Positions 18,825 through 28,924 of a stretch of DNA of 64,000 nucleotides are shown piece after piece. The notes beneath the pieces were generated by a model. That model saw nothing but the letters and a program-made list of their open reading frames with translations, searched no databases and had not been told where the DNA came from. This stretch comes from an uncultured Gemmatimonadaceae bacterium (lineage in GTDB: Bacteria > Gemmatimonadota > Gemmatimonadetes > Gemmatimonadales > Gemmatimonadaceae). The stretch is from assembly GCA_963817955.1 (NCBI GenBank), contig CAWFQK010000004.1, forward strand, positions 896,001 to 960,000. Reading direction: 5' to 3'. Position 1 is the first letter of the stretch, and each line of letters starts with the position of its first letter. A program made the position numbers and the translations under genes.

Positions 18825-18935
18825 AAACTCACAACGCACAACTCACAACTGGAAACTCGAACCTCGCCGACCGGCGGGCCGACCGCTACGGAGCAGCCAG
18901 CGACATCCAGCCGGTCAACACCCGGAGCCCAATCC
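18825..18935 (-). repeat. ~113-bp dispersed element, copy C (inverted)
   Basis: Reverse complement aligns to copies A and B. Confidence 0.92.
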
Positions 18936-19006
18936 ACTCAGCAGCGGCCGGCGAGAGTGGCTCGCCTCGTGGTCACCCACGATCGCGCCTGCCACGTCCG
19001 ACCACC

Positions 19007-21292
19007 TCACGGCATGCTGGCCGCCGCAGGCTTATCAGCGCCCTTCTTCAGCTTGGAGTCGTACCACTCCACCATCCGCCGCGACATGTCCAGAAAATCG
19101 TCCGCCGTGGCCGTTCCGCCGCCGTGCCCGCCGTTCGCATAACTCACCCACACAACTTCCTTTCCGAGCCGCCGCAACGCGTAGTACATCTCCCGCGTGT
19201 TGTCTGCCGGCACGTTGGAGTCCTGACCACCCGTGATGAGCATGAGCGGCGTCGTGATGCGGTCGGCGAACATGATTGCCGAGTGCTGCACGTACTTCTG
19301 CGGCTGCTGCCAGAGGGTGGCGCCAAGGCGATCCTGCTGGCGCTCGGCGGCCGTGATGTTGCGCACGCCGAGACGCGGACTGTCTGTGTAAAAGCTGATG
19401 ACGTCGACTTTTCCGGAAATATTGATGGCCGCCTTGAAGCGATTCGTCTGCGTCACAAGCAGGTTCGTGGCGTAGCCGCCGTAGCTCTGGCCCTGCACTC
19501 CCAGACGCGCCGAATCGGCGATGCCGAGCTCGATCAGCTTGTTGGCCGCGGCGGTGACACCTTTGAGCCACGCCTCGCCAGGATAGCCCGTCTCGAAATC
19601 GACTGACGGTTTGACGACCACGTAGCCGTTGGCCGCGAGGACGTTCGCCGTCACATCCCACGTATCATCGAAGTAGTCTTCATAGATGATGAAAACGGTC
19701 GGGTACGCGGTGCCCTTCTGGTAGTTCGCGGGATAGTGCACCACGCCGTACTTGGCGTGGCCGTCGGCATCGAGATACGACAGCAGGCCCGTCGGGCCGA
19801 ATTGCTTTGCCGCAAGCTGCGGATTCGACTCCGCGAACGGGTGCAGATTCGACAGGTCGGCGTTGGCCGTAAAGATGTCGCCCGGGCGATTGCCCTGCGT
19901 CACGGTGAGGAATGCGGTGCTTCCGTCCTTCGAGAGACGCAGATTGCTGTACGAGCGGCCATCCTTCACGAGATCGCGCGACTGTTTCGTCGCGCGGTCG
20001 TACAGAACGACTCCGCGCTCCCATTTCGTTCGCGACGCGCTCGTGAAGTACAGCTTCGAGCCATCGTCGCTCCATGCGGCAAACGTCACCCGCGGCATGG
20101 TCGGATTCGAGTCGTTCGCCGCGATGGCCATGTCGCGCTTGCCGGTGCCGAGGTCGAGCACCCACTGCCCTTCCCCGTTGGCGACGAGCAGGGCATCGCC
20201 GTGCGGGCTGAACCGGCTCGCCGAAAACCGGGCAGCTCGTGTGCGTGCGCGGCCAGCGGCGGATGTATCGGGGGGCGTAGCAGGCACGCCTTTCACGGGC
20301 TCCGGCGGACCAGCCATGAGACGCGCCGCGCTGTCGCCAAGCGACGCATAGTACACGCGTCCGTCCTTGGAGTACGCGTACCGAGTGCCGTCTTCCGACC
20401 AGATGATTTGCGCGCCGCGCGTCGAGGCGAGGAGCGTGCGTGGCGTGGCGCCGTTGAGCGGCCGCGCAATCAAGCGGCCATCGCTGCCACCCACGTCGTA
20501 GTCCGTCTTCTTGGTTTGGTCTTCGGCGTAGGTGACGGCGCTGCCGTCCGTGGCCAGCGTGTACGACGCAATCATCGCTTCCGGCACCAGCTCGTGATAC
20601 TCGCCTGTCTTCACGTCTACCGCGCCCACGCTGCGCTTGTTTCCCATACGGCGCAGGTCATCCCAGGCGAGGAACGGGTCCTTGCTGTTCTGCACGAATA
20701 CGGGGCCGACGGTCATGTTCGTGAAGGTGTCGCGCACCTTGTTGCGCCAGTCGAGGGTGTGCACCGCCACGACCACCTGTGTGCCGGCCCCGTTCCACCG
20801 GATGTCGCTGGCCTCGGCGACGTACTTGCCGGCGGGCAGCTTCAGCGACACCAGCTTGCCTGACGCGCGCGTGTAGATCGCCGGCTCATAGGTGTCGCCG
20901 TTCCAGGCGAGCAGGGCGAGCTGGCTGCCATTGGGCGACCAGCGCATGCCGCGCACGGCGCGTTTGTCCGGGAACACCGGCTTCCGATCGCCGGTTCGCG
21001 CATCGGCGATCCAGAGGCGCAACGATGTCGGATGGACGTATGTTGGATCGCCATCGTGGCGAAAGTCGTTGCCGTAGCTATCGCGGCGCACCGCCTGGGT
21101 CAGCGCCAGCCAACGTCCGTCTTCAGAGAGATCGGCAACGGCGTATGTGCTGATCTCGAGGGCGTCTTGAGCCGTGAAAAACGGCGAGTTGGTGGGGCGC
21201 GCAGCCTGCTGCGCGATAGAGACTTGTCCGCGCGATAGCGCTGGTACGAGGACAAGCAGAAGCGCGGCCAGATGAAGCCGATGGCGATTCAT
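19007..21292 (-). CDS. Secreted S9 (prolyl oligopeptidase-family) peptidase
   Basis: Signal peptide, WD40-like WSP repeats, GQSYGG nucleophile, D (GGQDSNV) and H (GGHGG). Confidence 0.9.
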   Translation of the reverse strand: MNRHRLHLAALLLVLVPALSRGQVSIAQQAARPTNSPFFTAQDALEISTYAVADLSEDGRWLALTQAVRRDSYGNDFRHDGDPTYVHPTSLRLWIADARTGDRKPVFPDKRAVRGMRWSPNGSQLALLAWNGDTYEPAIYTRASGKLVSLKLPAGKYVAEASDIRWNGAGTQVVVAVHTLDWRNKVRDTFTNMTVGPVFVQNSKDPFLAWDDLRRMGNKRSVGAVDVKTGEYHELVPEAMIASYTLATDGSAVTYAEDQTKKTDYDVGGSDGRLIARPLNGATPRTLLASTRGAQIIWSEDGTRYAYSKDGRVYYASLGDSAARLMAGPPEPVKGVPATPPDTSAAGRARTRAARFSASRFSPHGDALLVANGEGQWVLDLGTGKRDMAIAANDSNPTMPRVTFAAWSDDGSKLYFTSASRTKWERGVVLYDRATKQSRDLVKDGRSYSNLRLSKDGSTAFLTVTQGNRPGDIFTANADLSNLHPFAESNPQLAAKQFGPTGLLSYLDADGHAKYGVVHYPANYQKGTAYPTVFIIYEDYFDDTWDVTANVLAANGYVVVKPSVDFETGYPGEAWLKGVTAAANKLIELGIADSARLGVQGQSYGGYATNLLVTQTNRFKAAINISGKVDVISFYTDSPRLGVRNITAAERQQDRLGATLWQQPQKYVQHSAIMFADRITTPLMLITGGQDSNVPADNTREMYYALRRLGKEVVWVSYANGGHGGGTATADDFLDMSRRMVEWYDSKLKKGADKPAAASMP

Positions 21293-21387
21293 GGCGGACG
21301 ATGGGCGAAGGGCGGTAGCCGACTGGCATGGAGGACTACCAGAAGTACGACATCACCCGCGCAAGGACAACCCTCGTACCAGCCTGG

Positions 21388-22252
21388 CTAATCTCCGAGG
21401 TAACTCTCGAGCGCCCTGGCCCGGCTGACGTGCCGCAGCCGCGACAGCGCCTTTTCCTTGATCTGGCGCACGCGCTCGCGCGTGATGCCCAGCAGCGCGC
21501 CGATTTCCTCGAGCGTCATCGGTTCGCTGGTGCCGTCCAGCCCGAAGTAGAGCCGCAGGATCCTCGACTCGCGCTCCTTCAAATGCGACAGCGCTTCCTC
21601 GATCGACTCGGTGAGCGCCTTCTCGAAGATCACCTCATCCGGGGTTGGGTTGAGCGTATCGGGGAGGTAATCGAGGAGCTTATTGTCCTCGCCCGGCGTC
21701 AATGGTGCGTCAAGCGAAAGGTGCGTCTGCGAGATCGCCATCGTCTTGGCGACTTCTTCTTCGGTGATGTCCATGCCCTGCGCGATCTCGGCATGCGTTG
21801 CGTCACGCCCCAGTTCCTGGAGCAACAAGTTGGCGCGCTTGCCAATGCGATGCAGCGTGCCCGCGCGATTGAGCGGCACGCGCACGATGCGCGATTGCTC
21901 GGCCAGCGCCTGGAGGATGGCCTGACGGATCCACCAGACCGCATAGGAGATGAACTTGATCCCCTTGGTTTCGTCGAATTTGTGCGCCGCGCGGATCAGA
22001 CCGAGGTTGCCCTCGTTGATCAAGTCCGAGAGCGACACGCCTTGATTCTGATACTTCTTTGCCACCGAGACGACGAAGCGCAGGTTCGAGCGCACGAGCT
22101 TGTCGAGCGCTTCCTCATCGCCAGTCGCGGATGTTCTGGGCGAGGCGCACTTCCTCCTCGCGATTGATCAGGGGATACGCACTGATGTCGCGGAGGTACT
22201 GGTCGAGCGAACCTTCTTCGTAGGACGACTTCTTGTTGCCGGTGGCAGCCAT
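21388..22252 (-). CDS. RpoD/RpoS-like sigma70 factor without region 1.1; one +1 frameshift (~22126)
   Basis: SLDQYLRDI...EEE / LVRSNLRFVVSVAKKY, KFISYAVWWIRQ, TLEEIG..TRERVRQI; 865 nt = 3n+1. Confidence 0.9.
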
Positions 22253-22348
22253 ACGTACAGCGGCTCCTTCCTTTGGTGCGGCTGGCCCGGTCGTTCGCAA
22301 ACGCGGCCGGCCGGGGGGGCTACGGGAGGGTGGGAACCTGAGACTTGT

Positions 22349-23161
22349 CTACTTGATCCGTTCACCAAGCCGTGTCCAACGAACGTGCGTCAACCAGGCG
22401 AATGTGTCGACTGAATCAGGCGAGTAGCTGTAATAGATCACGAACGGGCGGCCTTTCACCAGGGAGTCGGGCACAAAACCCCAATATCGGCTATCGAGTG
22501 AGTTGTCCCGATTGTCGCCCAAAACGAAGTAGTTCCCCTTTGGGACGACTAACGGTCCCCAGTTGTTTCGAGATGGATGATAACTCGTCGCCGCAGCCGC
22601 CGTGCGAACGAGATACTCGCGCTGCCACCGAAAATCCTCGGGTGCCGGATCCAGGTCCGGCTCCGTGTGCTCGATGTACCGCTCTTGGAGCGCATGGCTA
22701 TTCCGGACAAGCGTGCCGCTGTGCATCTCCAACGTGTCGCCCGGCAGGCCGACGAGTCGCTTTACCAGGTACTTGCTGCGGTCCTCGGGCCACTGGAACA
22801 CGAGGACGTCGCCATGCCGGGGGGCGCGCAATCGTGGCAAACGCGCATGCGTGAATGGTACCTCCGCGCCGTAGACGAGCTTGTTCACGAGCAGGAAATC
22901 ACCAACCTGGAGTGTGTTCTCCATGCTGCCACTCGGGATCTTGAACGCCTCCACAAAGAAGGTTCGGATGAGCAGGAAGAGAAGAATGGAGACCTGGAAT
23001 ATCTTGGTCCACTCCCAAATGAACCCGAACCTCGTGCGCCCCCGGTTGAGCTCGCGTAACGCCTCGACACGCGCCTCGGGCGTGATCATGCGCGACGGCG
23101 GGTCAGCGCCCTCGACGTGATCGGTCCCGGGGGGTGTCGAAGCGGGCTCGTTCATGCTCAT
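22349..23161 (-). CDS. lepB: Signal peptidase I
   Basis: IPSGSMENTL, YLVKR, GDNRDNSLDSRYWGFVP. Confidence 0.95.
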   Translation of the reverse strand: MSMNEPASTPPGTDHVEGADPPSRMITPEARVEALRELNRGRTRFGFIWEWTKIFQVSILLFLLIRTFFVEAFKIPSGSMENTLQVGDFLLVNKLVYGAEVPFTHARLPRLRAPRHGDVLVFQWPEDRSKYLVKRLVGLPGDTLEMHSGTLVRNSHALQERYIEHTEPDLDPAPEDFRWQREYLVRTAAAATSYHPSRNNWGPLVVPKGNYFVLGDNRDNSLDSRYWGFVPDSLVKGRPFVIYYSYSPDSVDTFAWLTHVRWTRLGERIK

Positions 23162-23245
23162 CTCTTCCACTGCCATCCAGATGTCAGTTCGCGGTCACGG
23201 CCGCAGTCCCGAACTGTCCCGGGTGCCGCGTCCAGTGTCTCACCC

Positions 23246-24745
23246 TCAGTCCGGCGTGCCCAGATAATTGTCGATCTGGGCCCGCTGGAGCGACCCCGAG
23301 AAGTCGATGTATCCGACCTTGGTCTCGGAATAGAACTCGTACACTTCCCAGCCGCCCTCGCGATGGCCATTGCCTGTCTGTTTTACGCCGCCGAACGGCA
23401 GATGTGCCTCCGCTCCAATCGTTGGCGCGTTGATGTACGTGATGCCGGTGTCGAGCTCATTCATCGCGCGCATGGCCACGTTCACGTCCCGGGTGTAGAC
23501 CGAAGACGACAGGCCATACTTCACGTCGTTATTGATCGCGAACGCTTCATCCGTGCCGCGGAAGCGCACTACTGAAAGAACGGGGCCAAAGATCTCTTCC
23601 TGCTCGAGCCGCATCCCGGCCCGCACGCGAGCGAAGATCGTCGGCTCAAAGAAGTAGCCGTTGTCCACGTCCTTGCCCGTCGGACGTTTCCCACCGCACA
23701 TCAGGTCGGCTCCTTCTTGCTGGCCGATGTCGATGTATCGCTCCACCTTTTCGAGGGCGCTCTGGTTGATCAGCGGCCCGACGTCGGTTCCCGCCCGGCG
23801 GCCGTCACCAAGCTTGAGTGCGCGGACGCGATCGATGAGGCGGCTCAGCAATTCATCGTGTACGCCGTCCTGGACGACGAGACGACTCGTGGCGGTACAG
23901 CGCTGTCCTGTGGTGCCAAAGGCCCCCCAGAGCACCCCGTCGAGTGCCAGATCGAGATCGGCGTCGTCGAACACGAGCATGGCGTTCTTGCCGCCCATTT
24001 CGAGCGACAACCGCTTGTGCATGCGACCACACACCTCGCCCACGAGACGCCCGGTCTCGGTGGATCCCGTAAATGAGATGACCGGAATGAGCGGATGGTT
24101 CACGATCGCCGCTCCAACCGACTCGCCCACACCATGCACGAGCTGGATCACCTCGGGCGGCAATCCTGCCTCGAGCATGATTTCAACGAGCATGTGGCCG
24201 GTGGCGGGTACGTCCTCCGCCGGCTTGAAGATGCAGGCGTTCCCGCAGAGCAGCGCCGGGAACATCTTCCACGTCGGAATGGCCATTGGAAAGTTGAACG
24301 GCGTGACGATGCCACACACCCCGATGGGTCTACGAAAGCTCATCGCCCACTTGCTGCGCATCTCGCTGGGCACCGTGTGTCCGAACAGTCTCCGGCCTTC
24401 GGTAGCCGCGTAGTACGCCGTGTCGATGCCTTCCTGGACGTCGCCCCGTGTCTCGGTGAGCGGCTTGCCCATCTCACGCGTCATCTGGTCGGCGAGCTCC
24501 TCTTTGCGCTTCGACATGATGTCGCCGATGCGCCGCAGGACGTCGCCGCGCGCCGGAGCGGGCGTATTGCGCCAGATCTCGAAGCCACGACGCGCCGAGT
24601 CCACCGCCCGCTCGACGTCAGCCGCGCCGGACAGCGGAAAGCGTCCAACCGTATCAGACCGGTCGGCGGGATTCCGGTTCTCGAAATACTCGCCACCGAT
24701 CGGAGGCACCCAATTGCCGCCGACGAAATTATTAAATGTTTTCAT
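23246..24745 (-). CDS. Aldehyde dehydrogenase family protein
   Basis: PFNFP, FTGSTETG, LEMGGKN, GQRCTA, EEIFGP, PFGGVKQTG. Confidence 0.93.
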   Translation of the reverse strand: MKTFNNFVGGNWVPPIGGEYFENRNPADRSDTVGRFPLSGAADVERAVDSARRGFEIWRNTPAPARGDVLRRIGDIMSKRKEELADQMTREMGKPLTETRGDVQEGIDTAYYAATEGRRLFGHTVPSEMRSKWAMSFRRPIGVCGIVTPFNFPMAIPTWKMFPALLCGNACIFKPAEDVPATGHMLVEIMLEAGLPPEVIQLVHGVGESVGAAIVNHPLIPVISFTGSTETGRLVGEVCGRMHKRLSLEMGGKNAMLVFDDADLDLALDGVLWGAFGTTGQRCTATSRLVVQDGVHDELLSRLIDRVRALKLGDGRRAGTDVGPLINQSALEKVERYIDIGQQEGADLMCGGKRPTGKDVDNGYFFEPTIFARVRAGMRLEQEEIFGPVLSVVRFRGTDEAFAINNDVKYGLSSSVYTRDVNVAMRAMNELDTGITYINAPTIGAEAHLPFGGVKQTGNGHREGGWEVYEFYSETKVGYIDFSGSLQRAQIDNYLGTPD

Positions 24746-24835
24746 AATGAAGATGTTGCGGGTCCAGTGAGCGCTCACGGCCAGGCGGGCCGACGGTAGA
24801 AACTTCGTTGGGACCGGGCGGAAGAACCAGTCTGG

Positions 24836-24891
24836 GTGTCCCGTATCCCGTGTCTCGCGTCCCGTGTCCCGTGTCTCGTGTCTCGTGTCCC
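24836..24891. repeat. Heptamer array (CGTGTCY)n, ~8 units
   Basis: Starts immediately after the stop of 24892-25374. Confidence 0.9.
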
Positions 24892-25374
24892 TTACTGGCA
24901 CGCCCACGTTGCCGGATGTTGCGCATCCGGCTTGGCGTATCCGATGCGCGGTAGCACCTCCATCGACCCGAGCACGAGGCCCCAGAGGATGAGCAGCAGC
25001 GACAGCGTGTGTGCCCGGCTCGCGCGATGGCGCCAGGTCCAGACGGAACTCCACACGCCACTCGTGATCACGACCGCCACGGCGGCCAGATACGCAGCCA
25101 ATCCGGGTCCGCACCGCGCCGGATATGGCCACACGACCATCGCGACTCCCAGGAGCACCGACAGCGTCAGACGCGCGAAGACGCCAAAATTGGTCGTGAC
25201 GCGCGGCTCGCCGGTGGACGCCGCCGGCGCCTTCGCGGAGGATCCCTTGGCCGCAGGCGTGGGTGGCTTTCCGCTCACCTTGACCGGTGTCGGCCCCAGT
25301 AGCGCGTCGTCCGAGAGCGACGCGAGCTGCTTGTCCACCTTCGCCAGTTCCTTGTCCCAGTCGCGGTCGGCCAT
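24892..25374 (-). CDS. Hypothetical membrane protein (3 TM)
   Basis: TAATG coupling to the upstream gene; three hydrophobic segments. Confidence 0.8.
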   Translation of the reverse strand: MADRDWDKELAKVDKQLASLSDDALLGPTPVKVSGKPPTPAAKGSSAKAPAASTGEPRVTTNFGVFARLTLSVLLGVAMVVWPYPARCGPGLAAYLAAVAVVITSGVWSSVWTWRHRASRAHTLSLLLILWGLVLGSMEVLPRIGYAKPDAQHPATWACQ

Positions 25375-26756
25375 TAGCCCGCCGTTTCACGAGTGAGGGT
25401 GTACCGCTCGATCTTCTTGTACAGATTGGAGCGCGGCATATCGAGTGCCCGCGCCGTTTCCGACACGTTCCAGTCGAACTCCCGCAGTTTGGCGAGCAGG
25501 AACGCGCGCTCGGAGGCGTGCTTGAATGCCTCAAAGGTCTTGCATTCGAGCAGCGAGCTGAGGCCGGCCTGCTCCGGATCGCGCCGCCCTACGAGACGCG
25601 CCACGTCGTCGCCCGTGATGCGCGGCCCCGCAGACAGTATGAGCAACCGCTCGATAGTGTTTCGCAACTCCCGGACGTTGCCGGGCCAGTCGAGCTGCAT
25701 GAGCTGTTCGACGGCCTCGGATGCCATCATCCGCGGCGCCACCCCTTCACGATTGGTGAGCACGTTGACGAAATGCGCCACCAGGAGCGGAATGTCCTCG
25801 CGCCGCTCGCGGAGCGGCGGCACGTGAATCGGCACGACATTCACGCGGTAGAACAGGTCTTCGCGGAACCGCCCGTCGGCAATCTCGGTCTCGAGGTTCT
25901 TGTTCGTCGCCGCGAGCACGCGCACGTCCACCTCGATCGGCTTGGAGCCGCCGATGCGCATCACCACGTTGTCCTGAAGCACGCGCAACACTTTTGCCTG
26001 CGCCGCCAAGCTCATGTCGCCGATCTCATCGAGGAACAGGGTGCCGCGGTTTGCCTGCTCGAACTTGCCGGCGCGATCCATCACCGCCCCGGTAAACGAG
26101 CCTTTCATGTGCCCAAACAGCTCGCTTTCGATGAGCTCACTGGGAATCGCGGCGCAGTTCACCTCGACGAATGGCCCGGCGGCGCGGGACGAGTTCGCGT
26201 GCAGCGCGCGGGCCACCAGTTCCTTGCCCGTCCCGTTCTCGCCAGTGACCAGCACCCGCGCCGGCGTCGGGCCCACACGCTCGATCTTGTCGATCACGGC
26301 ACGGATGCCGTACGACTTCCCAACAATCTCATAGCGGGATTGGATCGTCTCCTTGAGACGCGCGTTCTCCTCGTGCAGATCCAGATGCTGCAGCGCATTC
26401 CGGAGTGTGACGAGAATCCGGTCCGTATCGAGCGGTTTCTCCAGCATGTCGTACGCGCCGAGCTGCGTCGCTTCCACCGCCGTCTGAATGGTGGCGTGGC
26501 CGCTGATCATCACGACAACCGCGCTCGGATCCGACTCTTTGATCTTCTTCAGCGCCTCGACGCCGTCAATGCCGGCCATCTTCACGTCGAGAAAGACGAG
26601 ATCGGGCCGCTGCTTCTTGTATTCGGAAATGCCGTCGACGGCATTCCCGACGGCGCGCACCTCGTAGCCCTCGAATTCCAGGAGCTGGCCGAGCGCGGCA
26701 CGTATGCCCTGCTCGTCGTCGATGATCAGGATGCGACGCGGCGGCGCCATCGTCAT
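25374..26756 (-). CDS. Sigma54-dependent response regulator (NtrX-like REC-AAA-HTH)
   Basis: IIDDE, FLDVKM, GENGTGKE, ESELFGH, GSFTGA, WPGNVREL. Confidence 0.93.
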   Translation of the reverse strand: MTMAPPRRILIIDDEQGIRAALGQLLEFEGYEVRAVGNAVDGISEYKKQRPDLVFLDVKMAGIDGVEALKKIKESDPSAVVVMISGHATIQTAVEATQLGAYDMLEKPLDTDRILVTLRNALQHLDLHEENARLKETIQSRYEIVGKSYGIRAVIDKIERVGPTPARVLVTGENGTGKELVARALHANSSRAAGPFVEVNCAAIPSELIESELFGHMKGSFTGAVMDRAGKFEQANRGTLFLDEIGDMSLAAQAKVLRVLQDNVVMRIGGSKPIEVDVRVLAATNKNLETEIADGRFREDLFYRVNVVPIHVPPLRERREDIPLLVAHFVNVLTNREGVAPRMMASEAVEQLMQLDWPGNVRELRNTIERLLILSAGPRITGDDVARLVGRRDPEQAGLSSLLECKTFEAFKHASERAFLLAKLREFDWNVSETARALDMPRSNLYKKIERYTLTRETAG

Positions 26757-27403
26757 TCCACGTTCTTGTACAGGGTGATCTTTCCGTTCGCCACTCGAAT
26801 GTCGCCCACATACCGTGGCATCGGCAACGGCAGGGCGTTTTCGTCGAGGCCGGGCGGGCGCTGGCCTCGCGCGAACTGCCGGACCAGACGAGGGATCATG
26901 CCCTGCGGCACGTTGAGCTTTCCCACCTTCATGTCCTCTACTTGAAACTCGCCCATGCCTGGCTTGACCACCCGGAACGTGCCGGTGAGTTCCACCTGTT
27001 CGCGGTCGCCGAGCATGGCTGCGAGTGGTCCGAGACCGCCCGCGCCCCCAAGGTCAGTCAGCCGGACGTTCGCGCGAAGCGACACTTTGTCACCGCTCAC
27101 TCTCGCGGCAATGCTGTCGCTCGATGGCGGTAGCTGCTTCGCCAGCGCCGTGAACACGTAGGAGGCGACATCACCGCCGGACAGCGTCTGAAACACCGGT
27201 CCGCGCGGCTGGCTGAGCTTGGACAACGCGGCGCGCGTTCGCTCACTGCCCTTGGCGCTCAACGGCTCCCACGTAGCCACGGGCGCACTCACGGCGGCGT
27301 GCGCCCGGAATTGCTGCGGCATCCAGCGGTCGCGCGTGAACCAGCCCACCACGGCCAGAATAGCGAGGATGAACAGACAACCAAGTCGTGCGATGCAGCC
27401 CAT
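26753..27403 (-). CDS. Hypothetical membrane-anchored protein
   Basis: N-terminal TM (GCIARLGCLFIL); operonic overlaps. Confidence 0.78.
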   Translation of the reverse strand: MGCIARLGCLFILAILAVVGWFTRDRWMPQQFRAHAAVSAPVATWEPLSAKGSERTRAALSKLSQPRGPVFQTLSGGDVASYVFTALAKQLPPSSDSIAARVSGDKVSLRANVRLTDLGGAGGLGPLAAMLGDREQVELTGTFRVVKPGMGEFQVEDMKVGKLNVPQGMIPRLVRQFARGQRPPGLDENALPLPMPRYVGDIRVANGKITLYKNVE

Positions 27404-27406
27404 GTG

Positions 27407-27970
27407 TCAGTCGCTCCGGAGCGCCGCCGACACGAGGGTCGTGTAGGCAGGGCCCGACTGGGAAAGTTCGCTCTGCATCAAATCGATGGACCGAACAAGG
27501 AATTCACTCCGAATTTCCGTTTGCTTCGCGACGCGCGACAATTCGCGCAGCCGCTCTTCCTCCAACGGATGTCGTACCCGCGCCAGCGTCAGATGTGGCC
27601 GAAAGGGACGTCCGTCGAGCTCGAAGCCAAGCGTCTCGCACGCCACCTCCACATCATGGTGCAACAGCTCGAGCCGTGGTTCGTGCTCGATACCCATCCA
27701 TACGACGCGCGCTCGCCGAAAGTTCGGGAACGCCCCAATGCCGCCGAGCGTCATCTGGAGCTCCTTGTGGCGGCCGGCAACTCCGCCAATCGCCGTCCCG
27801 ATGTCCGCCACGCGCTCGGCTGGTTGTTCGCCAAGGAACTTGAGGGTGAAGTGCAGCCGCGGCGCGCTGGCCCACGCCAGCTCGGGTGCGCAATTGCGCA
27901 ATGCCGCGGTCGCGTCGGCGACGTCGCACCGAACCGCCGCGGGGAGATTAATGGCGAGAAACAGACGCAA
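27407..27970 (-). CDS. thpR: RNA 2',3'-cyclic phosphodiesterase (2H family)
   Basis: RLFLAI start, HFTLKFLG, GAFP, FRPHLTLAR, SEL..GP.Y. Confidence 0.9.
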   Translation of the reverse strand: MRLFLAINLPAAVRCDVADATAALRNCAPELAWASAPRLHFTLKFLGEQPAERVADIGTAIGGVAGRHKELQMTLGGIGAFPNFRRARVVWMGIEHEPRLELLHHDVEVACETLGFELDGRPFRPHLTLARVRHPLEEERLRELSRVAKQTEIRSEFLVRSIDLMQSELSQSGPAYTTLVSAALRSD

Positions 27971-28793
27971 GCTGGACCAGATTCTCGTTGAGCGCGCCCG
28001 AGCGGAATCCGCGTGGATCAACTTCCACTCGCTCGTAACCGGCAGCAATGACTGCTGCCTGGAGCATGGTGCACGCCGGGGGCACGGCCCAGCGGGCGAG
28101 CTCACTCGCCGCGAGCTCGACGCGCGCCATATCGCCGTAGTGGCGAACGCGTAAGTCCCCCGTCACGCCCAGGGCGCGCAGGGCGGCTTCGGCGCGCTCC
28201 ACCTGCTCGAGGCGTTCCACGGTGACGGGCGTCCCATAGGGCAGGCGCGACGACAGACAGGGGGAAGACGGCAGGCTCCAGGTGGGCAGACCGCGTGCTC
28301 GCGACAACTCCCGGATTTCCACCTTGGTGAGTCCGAATATCGCCAGCGGCGAGACAATGCCCTGTTCGCGAGCCGCCTGTGCGCCAGGACGATAGTCTTG
28401 CCGGTCATCGGCATTCGTTCCGTCCGCCACGACGCGCACGCCGCGAGCCGCCGCAGCGGGCACGACCCGCGACCACAGCTCGGTCTTGCAGAAATAGCAG
28501 CGGTTGGCGGGGTTCGCGGCGTAATGAGGATCGTTCAACTCGTTGGTGTCGAGCTCGATGATCGGCAAGCCGATCTGCGCCGCAACGTCGCGCGCCGCCG
28601 CCCATTGGCTGTCGGGATACGACGCACTGCGCCCGACGATCGCGATCACGCGCTCGGCGCCGAGCGCCGCGATGGCGACGGCGGCGAGATACGCCGAGTC
28701 CGCGCCGCCGGAGTAGCCAATGGCAATCGATTCCTGGCCGCGAAGCCAGTCCATGAGCTGGATTTCCTTGGCGCGCGCATCGATGGGCGACAT
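27948..28793 (-). CDS. larE: LarE-family ATP-dependent sulfur transferase
   Basis: PP-loop SGGADS, RCYFCK, DGTNADD.DYRPG, PCLSSR, GFRSG. Confidence 0.88.
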   Translation of the reverse strand: MSPIDARAKEIQLMDWLRGQESIAIGYSGGADSAYLAAVAIAALGAERVIAIVGRSASYPDSQWAAARDVAAQIGLPIIELDTNELNDPHYAANPANRCYFCKTELWSRVVPAAAARGVRVVADGTNADDRQDYRPGAQAAREQGIVSPLAIFGLTKVEIRELSRARGLPTWSLPSSPCLSSRLPYGTPVTVERLEQVERAEAALRALGVTGDLRVRHYGDMARVELAASELARWAVPPACTMLQAAVIAAGYERVEVDPRGFRSGALNENLVQLASVSRH

Positions 28794-28924
28794 GTGTGAA
28801 ACGTAACCCGGCGCCGGCCACTTGATGGACGCGTCAACTCGCGGCAACGGGCGCCAACATGCCCGCGCAGTACCGCACGTCCGGGTCGGCGTGTGGGGTG
28901 ATGCTCCTCTGGTCGAGGTGGTAA

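Noticed and set aside
18751..19606. ORFs encoding ETRDTRH and ADRWADRYGAASD peptides (also 8612-9355, 10885-11076)
   Set aside because: Translations of non-coding repeats, running antisense into real genes; no RBS support
22100..22135. Programmed frameshift in the sigma factor
   Set aside because: No slippery sequence; same +1 pattern as nine other probable errors
24746..25534. 762-aa extended aldehyde dehydrogenase
   Set aside because: Extension overlaps another gene and a repeat array; family-like start is at 24745
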